This document shows positions 13,143 through 24,002 of a stretch of DNA of 64,000 nucleotides, in pieces. This DNA is from Marsupella aquatica. Lineage: Eukaryota; Plantae; Marchantiophyta. The position numbers were made by a program, and so were the translations under genes. The notes below the pieces were generated by a model. That model worked only from the letters and a program-made list of their open reading frames with translations, made no database searches and had not been told where the DNA came from. Each line of letters begins with the position of its first letter. Within the stretch, counting starts at the first letter, position 1. The DNA lies in assembly GCA_973895155.1 (NCBI GenBank), contig OZ316893.1, forward strand, positions 7,278,963 to 7,342,962, given 5' to 3'.

Positions 13143-13895
13143 GTGAGTGTTCCTTTGGCAAGGCATTTCAATATTTCTACAACATTTTGTCCATCGGATG
13201 CGACAAAAAAAATTTTAATGTCCAAAGTTCCTTATGAAAGTGTTGTGGGTAGTTTAATGTATCTCATGGTATGCACCCGACCAGACATAGCTTATGCCGT
13301 TAGCAAGGTAAGCAGATACATGGCAAATCCAGGAAAAGTTCATTGGGAAGCAGTGAAATTGGTATGCAATGCGCTACATCAGAGGTTTCACTAAGAAGGG
13401 TTTATTGTTTGATGCAAGTTCAAACAATATGAAAGTGCTTCAAGGTTATGTGGATGCAGACTACGCAGGTGATCTGGATAAGAGGAGATCAACAACTGGA
13501 TATGTATTTACATTTGCTGGTGGATGCATTACTTGGAAGTCAACTCTCCAAAAGTGTGTTACAAAGTCTACTATAGATGCCGAGTATGTAGCGGTAGCAG
13601 AAGCGGCATCAAAGACCATTTGGTTGAAAAGCTTATCACGGAGATGGGCTTATCACAAGATTGTGTGTATCTTCATTGTGACAGTCAAAGTGCAATTTAT
13701 ACTGCCAAGAATCAAGTGATGGATGGCAAGATAAAGCACATTGATGTCCGCTATCATTTCATCCGACAGGGGTTATTGGATGATGAATTTGAGCTTGTCA
13801 AGATTGATGGAAAGCTTAATCCAACGGATGCTTTTACCACAGTATTAGACTCCAATAGTTTTTCAAGGCATTGTAATTATTTACAAATATTATAA
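13143..13895 (+). pseudogene. Copia pol, RT end and RNase H
   Basis: PYESVVGSLMYLMVCTRPDIAYAVS, GYVDADYAGDLDKRRSTTGYVF, CDSQSAI, KHIDVRYHFIR, NPTDAFT; frameshifted. Confidence 0.95.
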
Positions 13896-14409
13896 ATATT
13901 AATAGAGTTAACCAAGAAAATATCTCTATACGAGTACTCCATCCGATGGCTTATCGGCTACGGTTTAGTTCTTGTTAACCCTTGCATTAGGGGGAGGGCC
14001 TTTTTGCCCTACTGTCTTGAACTTCCCGCGGAGGAACTTGTAAGGAAAAGTGTGACGCCGCCGGTACGGCGGTTAATGAGTGATTCAGTCTAACTGCGCT
14101 CGGCACGCGCGTTAGGAGTATCTTAGGCTGCTATTATTAGCATAACGACAGTATTTAGATAATCATTATGGGTAGGACATCATTAGGCAATAAGGGGGAA
14201 TTCAGGTTAGGACTGGCGGCGGGTCGCTATTCGCACACCCGGGTTACAAGCGTGGAGGGGCCCCTCCCTCGGGTCCGTATAACGAACTTAAGGAAGCGGC
14301 CACTGACACGCGCTGACTCAGACCGGCGGAGTGGCCGGTACACCACAAGCGTGAGCAGTTCAGCCTATGGGCGTCGAGGAGACGTCGGGGGATCGACAAG
14401 CCCTCAAGG

Positions 14410-14416
14410 TATAAAA
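14410..14416 (+). promoter_or_regulatory. TATA box upstream of family A ORF
   Basis: TATAAAAGGGG about 108 bp upstream of ATG 14518; same position in the copy at 50280. Confidence 0.55.
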
Positions 14417-14517
14417 GGGGAGCCAACCCTTTGTAGTGCACCAGTCCATCAGTCCACGCGCCAGCTTCAACCCCAGCTCTCTCGTTTGCTCTAAGTCGCC
14501 ACTACTATCTCCTCTGA

Positions 14518-16450
14518 ATGTCGCACACGATCCTCTCCAGCTCGGCCATTTGATTCTGGACGCAGTTCCTATCTACTGGAAGGCACTTGGCCGACTCATT
14601 GAAACACGCCAACCCACGCCGATACGAAATCAAACGTGAGTATGAGAGAGCCATCCGCCTAGCAGGACGACACCACTACATCCTTAACTTTGACTACCCG
14701 TCTCAGAGCGAGCTTTACCGACCAGCAGAGGTATCTGGGTACTTCTTCAACGGAGACAAATATATCGGTTTCGGGAAGCATTGCTTCGGCTTCCGGACGA
14801 GGTCTTCAATATCCCGGGTACGATCGACTTGCAACGACATCACTTCGACCAAATCCCTGCTCAGGTTCGGGCTATCATCAACAGCGAGTCCAGCACTACC
14901 CGTTCGAGAAGGTCGTCTGCACTCGCTTCGGAGAACTTCTACCAACACTTACAGAGCTTTAGGGGAACTCGGCCATCAACCAACATGACCAACTTAGTCG
15001 TACCCGTACCCGTACAACCTCAAGCTCAGCTTCAGCTTCAGCCTCAGCCGCAGCCTAGCCAAACCCCACCACCGATCACCCAGCCAGCATAAGTACACTC
15101 CGTCATCAACGCTATGGATCTTAGCAATGACGATGAGGCTACCCCACCCTTGACCAGGCGGCCCAGAGGAACAAGTGCTCAGGGGGCCGACACTATATCG
15201 TCCCCACCCCCTGCTCTGACCCCAGGAGCGGCCCCGGTAGATAACATGGTGACCGTGGCCGCCCCGGGCCCGTTACTAACGGCAATGGCACTACCCAGGC
15301 CCTATTGGGAGGATGGGGAAGTGTCCCCTTCCTCGAGCCAGTCACGGGGGAAGAAGAGGAAGGAATCCGCCACTGCATCCGGGTTACCGTTGGCCACGGT
15401 AACCGTAGCCAAGGTGACGATGCACCGCATGGGGGAAAACGTTCACAAAAACATCCTCCATCCCAAGCATGCGGTGTACCTGAAGACTCAGGGATTCGAG
15501 CACCTCGCCTCCCTCCCCTGGAACACTTGCAGGTACTACGGGGAGGACATGACGGAGTTCGTCAGGAATTATGACGACGCGCATCAACATACTCGGCTGC
15601 GGGGAAGGAGTATGTCCCTCACGAAAGAACGGCTCAGGATGATCTTCGGGTTACCCGAAGGTGACCATCGAGTCGAATCACGGGCTCCCAAGGGCAAGGG
15701 AGCCAAGTACCAATCTTCAAGTTTTCCCTCAGAGGGAGCAGTGGACAACGGGTTCGTGATGAGGACCTGTCTCATCCCCGAGATAGCTGAGCGACTGGAG
15801 TTCCGAAGGTACATCCTCCACATGATGGAACCCCGGGGGGAGATCTGCGCCGCCCAGGTTATCCAGGTCGAGAACTATCGACCTAGGAAGTGGGCGTCAT
15901 ACTTCGCTAAGAAATTCCATGAAGAGATGGAGCGGCGAAGGAAGACGCTGTACATTGGCGGGAAGGCGTATTTCGCTAGCCACATTGAGATCATTCTTGA
16001 GTGGTACGCCCGGTTTGATCGACGAACCCTTCCCCGTGTCAACGTTACAAAGCTGGTCCCAGCTAGGTGGGTTTTCCCGGCCTTGGAGAGACGGCCCCAA
16101 CCCGAGGCCCGGAGTCCAGCGGACACGCCAGCTTCACCCACCCCACCTCCACAAGTAGCTGTAGTCGTAACCGAGGAGGTACCGGATGGGTCGGTTGTCG
16201 CAACCGTTGATGCGATCCAACAAGCCGGACTAAGTACAGAAGTCGGTACGGCGGAGGTCTTACCCGAGCCCGGGTCTCCCAAAGACCCACTGGTGGCTAT
16301 TCCGGAGAACCGGACATTGCTGGAGGAGGACACTCCAGCCCCTTCCAACGTTACGTCCCCAGGGCTGGACGTCACTGCCCCGGCCCCCACGCGTGTTGAC
16401 GTCTGCCCATGCCCAACTCTGAACAGGCACAACCTGGACCACCCGGAACT
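14518..16450 (+). pseudogene. Family A ORF, 5' copy (frameshifted, truncated)
   Basis: Collinear with 50388..53030. 1-bp deletion near 14772, CAG>TAA at 15090; breaks off at 16450. Confidence 0.9.
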
Positions 16451-19400
16451 TGCTAAAGAAGAGGCCCTGAGCTCCCCGCTGCTCAGGTATTTATCCTGGC
16501 AGTGGATCTGTCCAGAACTTCGCTGCGTAAGCTTAATCTATCCTACCTGTAATCTACCTAACTGTACAGCGAGGCAGGAGCACAAGTGTTGCTCCTGCCA
16601 GTGGAACCGCAATCCCACTAAGCTAAGTGTCAGGGCCGCCTCCTGGTCTTGATCCTAATCCTAAACTTGGAGATCAGCGCCCGCCCTGCCCACTCACGCC
16701 TCCTACCTCCACGTCCGCCCTTCCTAAAAGGAACGGCGCCCTTGCACCGTCACGACACCGGTGGTGGATCCTCAATGGACGCCCCCAACGCTTCCTCCTC
16801 AGCCACTATCGTAGGTTCGTTCTCTGACAGATTACCTACCCTTGACTGAGTCAACTCTCCATCGGCCTGACTGGGTCTATCATCGGCATCGGCGTCGGCT
16901 CGGGAATCATTCTCGGCTATGGCCTCAGCCTCGGCTATGGTCTCCCCGACCTGCTCAAGAGGCGGATCTGGGATACCGGCCTCATTATTGAGTAGTTCGG
17001 CTTGGGCCGCGCCATCCCCACCTTTGGTGATAGCGGGATCTATTGCCGTGTTCAGGCCGGAGGTTGGTGCTGGGTCTACCTCCTTGGTCACCACGGCCAG
17101 TGGAGTCGTATTACTCCTTGACCCTGAAGGTTTCCGCTTCTTCTTCTTTTCTGGTTCGGCAACTGGTCCCTTCCCCTTCCCACTTACTTCCGTCACTGGT
17201 GCAAGTGGCGCGGCTTGTTCTTCGGCCAGTACCACTCCTGGTAACTTGGTTGCCCCAATTGGAGTTGGGCCTGATGAAGACAAGCACTTAAATACTGTGG
17301 CTTGTTTCTTCAGCCGCTCTGTTTGGTTGTCGGCCCGCCGCTGTAGGTTCTCCATCTTCCTCGTGATTTCCTCCAACTCCTCCTGGGTCTCATCCAGGTC
17401 TTTGCGCGCCTCCTCTAGTTCCTTCTAGGCTTCCTTCCGTTCCCTGTGGGCTTCCTCCAATTCTCTGTTCAAGGTAGCCCTCTCCTCCCGGGTTGCTCTT
17501 AGCTCCTTGTCGAGCTCTGCAATGATGACAGACTCCATCTGGTTCATCTTGGCGTAAGTCTGATCGAGCATATCGTCCTTCTCCCGTAGGTCGGCCTTGA
17601 AGCTGGCCGTCAGGGACGCAAGCTCCTGTTGCAGCGCCATAATCCCTTGATAGGATTTCCCTAACTCGGTCTCCTTCTGCTCAAGGGCTCCGCGGATTTT
17701 CTCGAGCTCCCCCTTCAACGCCCATTCCTTTCTTTGGGTCTCCGCCATGGCCCGATTGTTGGATGTTAGGTGGGCCTCCTCTGCATTCCTCTGCTCCTTC
17801 TTCCATTTCTCCCTGTCCTTGATTGCGTCGGCCAATTCTCCTTGGGTCCGCGTTAGTAGATTCTCGATCATCCGATTATCAGATTGTGCGGTATCCAACT
17901 GGTCCTGCATGATATTTAGCTCATGCCGCTTAATCCGCAGCTCATCTTGGGCTTTCTTGGCCACCCTCAAGTCCTTGATTTTGGCTTCCCTTTCCCTAAG
18001 CCGACGGATGACCTCGTCCTTCTTGCTTCTTTCCAAGGCCACTGCTTCTTCTAATTGGCGCTTCTCCAACATCTCCCTCTGGAAAAAGGGTCCCTGCTCC
18101 AACTCCTCCCCAAATATGTTGAGCGCCAGTTCTCCACACATCTCCCCGTACTCCATGGCTCTGTCCTTAGCATAGGTGGAGGAAGTAGAAGTCATTGGCA
18201 TCATCCACTGCGGCCTCTACTCCCAAGCCGTCTTGCGGATCTCTTCAATCGTGGCTAGAGGTTTGCTTCCTTTTTTGGCTAGCCGCTTGATGTCCTCCGG
18301 CCAATCTCCTCTTGGAAAATCCTTTTCTCTAGCCAGGGCTGCCTCCTCTTCCTGCCTGATTCGCTCCTGAAATTCCTGCGCCGTCTGTTTTATGCCGTCA
18401 AAGCTCGGGGGAGCAACATCTGGTGGGGGAGACTCAGGGCTACTCTGCTGGTTGGGGTCCCCTCGTACTACCCTTGGAAGTGTGGGGATAAACCGGCCAC
18501 AGGTCCTTACTCCTGGAACATGAGGGCCTATTCGCTCGAATGGGTGAAGATGGGAGGGGGGTTGGTTAAAATTATTTACGGATCAAATGGAGGCGGGGTC
18601 TGACCCATAGCCGGAGTTATCATGGCTGCAGTCCTCCACTGCCTCCTCTACTTGGACTTCCGGCTTCTCCCTCTCCTCTTCGTCCGTAGAAGCTTCAGGC
18701 AATTCTGCCTCAGATTCAGAGCTTGAGACTCCCACGTACATTCGAACACCCGGCTTGGATTCTGGCCTGATTCTCTCCTTGTCTCCAGTAAAGGGGTTTT
18801 CCCTTGTAAGCCGGTGTAGGCCTACCTCTGGAGCAGTGTCCTGCATTGTTGCCGTTGCCGTTGTCGTTGCCAATGCCGATCTCTTTTCTTTCTTCAGTAG
18901 TTTCAGCAGATTCTGCATGCCTGGTTGCTGCATCGGCAAGTCCTCCATCCTTGGCCTAAACACCTGCTCGATCGTAGGGCTAACAGGTGGTTGAGGCTTC
19001 TCTGCTACCGGCCTCGGTGCTGGAGCTTCCTCGGGTGCCCTTACCTGCAGGGGAAGTACTGGGGCAAAGGTCTGACCTCTGGCATACCGGCACAACAGCG
19101 GCATGTGATAGCCAAGCCGCGACACGCTCCCCATGCCGATTACCTGCTGCTCCTCCTTTAAGATCTTCTTCAATTGGTTGAGGAGGTACCCGTTGTAGTC
19201 CCGGCTTGGGTCTGGCCTCTCTGCCAGATAGACCTGTGCCTTGCCGATCTCTGCCCTCGGCAAGTTACAGTGCATGGTCACCCGCAAGAAGTCGATCATC
19301 TCTCCTATGTGGGGGTTGGTGCAGGTGTTCCGGAAGAAGCCATTCTTCGTTGATGGCCCGGGGAACGACCGGAACTCCTTGTCAGGCAAGGTCTTCCTGG

Positions 19401-20596
19401 TATCAACTTTGGTCTTAATGCCTATCGGCAAGCCAAACACTTCGGCAATCACCTTGGGAGTAAGATAGAAATCCTTCCCATATATCCTCGTGCAATTGGT
19501 CTCGGGTTCCCATGACCCCATGAATTCTAATAGGTCTTAATCCGGCACCTCCGGCTTCAGCCATGGTAATCTCACAAAGGCCTCTAAGCCGGATCCGGCC
19601 ATGAAGCCTTGGTACTTCTTGGTCTGCATGGCCCTAAAGCATGCATCCTCCTCCCGTGCAAAATGTAGTTGCACCTCCACCGGTAGGGTTGCCACCCAGC
19701 CTTTCCAGGTGTCATCCCTAGTTGGAATGGCATTGATGGGATCGACCTCCTCCTTTTCGGCTTCTCCCTGCCTCCTGCTCTGCTGCTCGGTTGGCTTCCT
19801 TGGTGCCGCCGACCTCGTTCTTTTTGCCGGGGTGGCTTCATCATTGACGGCTCCCTTCCTCTTCATCTCTGCTGCCGTGGAGGTTTCTCCTAGCACCGTT
19901 GCCGGGGTCCACCTTTCCGTGCTACCCTTCAATTCCCAGTGTATGTCGTTGCAGTTCTTGATGGCCTCTCGAATGCCGATGATTCTGTCTTCACAAAATA
20001 GAAGATCGTCGAGCTGATTGGAAGTAGGAGTCCACAAGAACTCGGCGTTGATGAGTTTGCCTCCTAAGAAAGCCGTCTTTTGCAGCTCCCACAATCGAGC
20101 GAGCTCCTGCCATTCTCGAGCGGCCCTTTCTGATTCCTCGTCCTCGTAAGTCTTGATGTACTCAGTTGCCCGTTCGAACAGGCATCCCCAGAAATGTGCC
20201 GCTTGATTGACGTTGCTCATACCCTCCTTAGGTCGATCATCGGTATCTACTCTCTCCCCGAGTGCTTGCCTAAGCAGCTGACAGTAGTTGGCCTCCCGTA
20301 GTCGTCTGCCTAGTTCGTGTTCGCAAATGAGCCACCATCTCCTGCAGGCGCTCCTTACCCCTCTCCTCCTCCGGTCCTTCCTCCCGTTGATCCTTCCTAG
20401 CCGCCGACGCTTAACGCGCCCTAACCCTAATCGAGTTTTCACCCCCAGCGTCCTTACCTCCGGCCTCGGCCCGGGTTCCATGGTCGCCCCTAATTGTTTA
20501 TATTTTCCTTGTTTTGTCCCTATACTAAGGTGTTTCTAGGGTGCATTCCTGCTTTACCCACTTAACTGGCCGAGTGATTCCTGGCTAGGCATCACA
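16447..20596 (-). mobile_element. Family B LTR-like unit, inverted, 3'-truncated
   Basis: Reverse complement begins TGTGATGCCTAGCCAGGAATCAC at 20596, as at 33616 and 43485. Truncated at an AACT microhomology with family A (16447-16450). Confidence 0.9.
16750..20481 (-). pseudogene. Family B LTR-resident ORF, 1243 codons in one frame with a few in-frame stops
   Basis: ORFs 19537..20481, 18583..19521, 17425..18204 and 16750..17376 are all in the same frame. Basic N-terminus, conserved domain (GLEAFVRLPW...EVFGLP...KNGF), long coiled coil, KKKKRKP NLS-like stretch. Confidence 0.85.
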
Positions 20597-22372
20597 GGGG
20601 AAGAAGAGAAAGGAATCCGCCAAGGTAACCGTAGCCAAGGTGACGATGCACCGCATGGGGGAAAACGTTCACAAAAACATCCTCCATCCCAAGCATGCGG
20701 TGTACCTGAAGACTCAGGGATTCGAGCACCTTGCCTCCCTCCCCTGGAACACTTGTAGGTACTACGGGGAGGACATGACGGAGTTCGTCAGGAATTATGA
20801 CGACGCGCGTCAACATACTCGGCTGCGGGGAAGGAGTATGTCCCTCACGAAAGAACGGCTCAGGATGATCTTCGGGTTACCTGAAGGTGACCATCGAGTC
20901 GAATCACGGGCTCTCGGGGGCAAGGGAGCCAAGTACCAATCTTCAAGTTTTCCCTCAGAGGGAGCAGTGGACAACGGGTTCGTGATGAGGACCTGTCTCA
21001 TCCCCGAGATAGCTAAGCGACTGGAGTTCCGAAGGTACGTCCTCCACATGATGGAACCCCGGGGGAAGACATGCGCCGCCCTGGTTATCCAGGTCGAGAA
21101 CTATCGACCTAGGAAGTGGGCGTCGTACTTCGCTAAGAAATTCCATGAAGAGATGGAGCGGCGAAGGAAGACGCTGTACATTGGCGGGAAGGCGTATTTC
21201 GCTAGCCACATCGAGATCATTCTTGAGTGGTACCCCGGCTTGATCGACGAACCCTTCCCCGTGTCAACGTTACAAAGCTGGTCCCAGCTAGGTGGGTTTT
21301 CCCGGCCTTGGAGAGACGGCCCCAACCCGAGGCCCGGAGTCCAGCGGACACGCCAGCTTCACCCACCCCACCTCCACAAGTAGCTGTAGTCGTAACCGAG
21401 GAGGTACCGGATGGGTCGGTTTTCGCAACTGTTGATGCGACCCAACAAGCCGGACTAAGTATAGAAGTCGGTACGGCGGAGGTCTTACCCGAGCCCGGGT
21501 CTCCCAAAGACCCACCGGTGGCTATTCCGGAGAACCGGACATTGCTGCAGGAGGACACTCCAGCCCCTTCCAATGTTACGTCCCCAGGGCTGGACGTCAC
21601 TGCCCCGGCCCCCGTGCGTGTTGACGTCTGCCCGTGCCCAACTCCGGACAGGCACAACCTGGACCACCCGGAACTCTTCGTACCGGGTACATTTCTGAAC
21701 GGGCTTCTGGGAGATTTCTCTCATCAAATTGCCCGGGATACCGGGGAGTTCATGGCCCTGAAGGTAGCCTGTTTCTTCAATCAGGAGTTGGTTGCTGCAG
21801 TAAAGGCAGGTCGGGCCCAGTCAGAGGCCCTTCAGAGGATAGAGCGGTACCGGGTGGAGTCCGTGTACCTAAAGAATGAAGTTGCAGCTCAAGAGGCTGA
21901 GCTTCTACAACTACGACCCAAGGTTGCAGCCGCTGATGAGTTGTTAGCAAAGGCGCACGCTCTTACCGCCCTAGCCAAACAGGCCAAAGCTGGGAACGAG
22001 GCCGAGATTACACGACTCCGGAACCAGATTGACAGTTTGAAGAATCAAACTGTCACCTGGCAGAAAGACCTGGAGGAGGCCGAGGAACGGGCCCAGCGGG
22101 ACACGGCGGAGATAGCCACGCTGCAGGCCGAGGTGGCGCGGCTCCAAACCGAGGCCGAGAAGCAGGACCAGCTAGCAGGTAAACTGACGAGCGACACCCA
22201 GCAGCTGGAGGAGGCATGTCAGGAGGCAATAGAGGAGACAATCGCGGCGAGGGGAGAGAATGAATCTCTGCTAGACCAGGTCCAGCTCCTCAAGGCGGAC
22301 AATGACAGGCTTCAAAGGCAGCGGAATGGCCACTCCCATTCAGGCAGCTCTGGCAAGCGTGCCAGGCATTAG
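20597..22372 (+). pseudogene. Family A ORF, 3' copy (5'-truncated, one frameshift)
   Basis: ORFs 20640..21383 and 21227..22372 join via a 1-bp deletion near 21234 and match the 880-aa protein through ...GKRARH*. Confidence 0.9.
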
Positions 22373-23305
22373 CAACGGAGTAGGAATAGATTAGGATTAG
22401 GACTGGCTTAGTCAGGCTCTTGGGACAGGCACCTGCCTTAGGTACAGCAGCGCTGCCATGCTGTCCAGCCTGCGTAGATTAGGATCTTCTAATAAGACAT
22501 AGCCGTTTTCCGGCCTGACTGTCAGCTTAGTTAGGACCTTAGTCAGTGAATCTTCGGCAAGAGGACACCCCGTCCATCGGCCCTTAGTATTTAGTGCACC
22601 CCTCGGTAGAGGCAAGGGGGGGTTTTTAGTTTCAAAGTTGGACGTCCGCGATATGTGCGGGGAGTCCTGACCTCTAGGAATGAAAGAGGACCAAGGGGGG
22701 GGTAGGACTAAGCTCGCCGGGCGAGTGCGGAGCCGGGTTCCATTGTAGTGTGCACCCTCGGCCTTGAACCTGTTCATTCCGGGGCTGTCGGGTCAACTAA
22801 GTGTACGCATATGTTCCCTTTGTAGTAAAATCCTTTCCCATCATTTTCCTTCGTGTAAATCGAGATTGTATGCATATGCACGTGTATGTGTGTGGGTTTC
22901 TCGTATATGGGTGGCAGCGCCAGGCCGAACACACTACCCGAGACGTGCACAGGGTGCAGCCTGCGGGTAAGTGGTTGCGAGCACGGGTTGAGGACCTGTA
23001 TCATCGAATCCAGATCGAAGGCGGACAGCACGAAGGCTTAGAAGCCCTTAAGCCGGGGTCGATCCTGCTATCGACTAAGGTACATTCCGGCGGCGGAACA
23101 CAAACCATACCTAGGAGGTGTCCGTATTTAGCAGTATGCACACTTAGCGCTAGTTTACGAGAATAAGGTGCATTACGTGCTTCCCTTCCTGCCCGAACCC
23201 TCAGATTTACGAGGGATGTGCCCGTCTAAGCTGAAGTCTGAGTTAAGGCCGAAGCCGACGACGTGACCAAAAGACAATGTTATGAACCCTCCCAAGACGT
23301 GAATC

Positions 23306-23314
23306 AAGGGGGAG
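23306..23314 (+). other. Copia polypurine tract
   Basis: AAGGGGGAG, then TT, then TG of the LTR. Confidence 0.8.
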
Positions 23315-23316
23315 TT

Positions 23317-24002
23317 TGTAGAGGTTAACTCAATCTTGGGTTAAACTATGGTCAGTATATTAACTATGGTTTACTCTAACCCTAGTTGAAGAGATTGGTC
23401 CTTATCTCTTCAACTTGTATGTGGTGGAAAAACACACAAGAGAGTTCTCAAGAGAGAACATAGGGATATAGGGGGTATTTACAAACGACAAAAAATAGCA
23501 AACAGTAACAGGAAATAGAAACTGATAACAGGAAAATGAGTGGTAATTTTTTTTGAAATTTTTTTGAAATTTTTTTGAAATTTTTTTGAAATTTTTTGGG
23601 GGAATTTTTTTTTTTGCTAGCGCCCGACGCTGGTAATGCTAGCTCCCAAAGCTAGCCAAAAAATGTTGTAATTTAATTTTTTTTGGGAAAATGTGACTTT
23701 TTAGAAAATATTTTGACATGGTTATTTTTCCTGGTAACAGTAACTTTTTGCTGGTAACAGGAAATTTTTTACTGGTACCAGTAAACCTGTTTCCTGTTTA
23801 TTGTCACGCATGTCATACCCGGGATATAGCAAGGAGATGAGAGCTCGAAGAGATGAGAGCTATGGTGATGCTTGAATAGACATATAACCGTTAATAAAGC
23901 TTTGTATTCCCGTGGACGTAGCCAACCTTGAGGCAAACCACGTAACTATTGAGCACGTGTATGTTTGGAGTGTTTTTCCTGATCCAATTTCTCCCCACAA
24001 CA
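23317..24002 (+). repeat. Copia 3' LTR
   Basis: TGTAGAG...CCACAACA directly after the PPT. Contains AATAAA and the plant-copia-type CCCGTGGACGTAG...AACCACGTAA motif. Confidence 0.75.
23472..23820. mobile_element. Mutator-like MITE (349 bp) in the copia LTR
   Basis: 9-bp TSD GGGATATAG (23463-23471, 23821-23829). Termini GGGGTAT...ATACCC with imperfect inverted repeats; internal TTTTTTGAAA and (T)AACAG repeats. Confidence 0.75.

Larger units (their letters stand above)
14051..23268 (+). mobile_element. Family A element, probably a two-LTR copy collapsed by internal deletion, containing an inverted family B piece
   Basis: Starts TGTGACGCCG, ends GACGACGTGACC (terminal CA changed to CC). TSD AAAAG (14046-14050, 23269-23273). 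About 1.1 kb of A sequence occurs twice (15347-16450 and 20597-21675). Confidence 0.85.
8044..24002 (+). mobile_element. Decayed Ty1/copia LTR retrotransposon (5' part lost) with nested insertions
   Basis: Integrase-RT-RNase H order, then 3' UTR, polypurine tract and 3' LTR. Sequence is contiguous across the insertions at 9773-13142 and 14051-23268 once TSDs are removed. Confidence 0.9.

Noticed and set aside
14239-14262. GGTTACAAGC...GTGGAGGG resembling a twister ribozyme core
   Set aside because: No room for the P4 3' strand, no upstream TAA/P2 partner found, and the second copy reads GGTTACGAGC.
15875-17428. Long antisense and alternative-frame ORFs over A and B genes (also 51758..52315, 49051..49431)
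   Set aside because: Shadow ORFs of GC-rich coding sequence; the tail of 15114..16652 is read-through across the A/B deletion junction.
22378-22410. TTAGGATTAGG repeats after the A and B stop codons as telomeric seeds
   Set aside because: Only 2-3 degenerate units, not TTTAGGG arrays; part of LTR low-complexity sequence.
22764-23166. About 100-120 aa ORFs recurring in the A 3' region (also 7651..8004, 53534..53830)
   Set aside because: Starts and lengths differ between copies, no recognisable domain, and conservation is explained by recent common descent and the hairpin motif.
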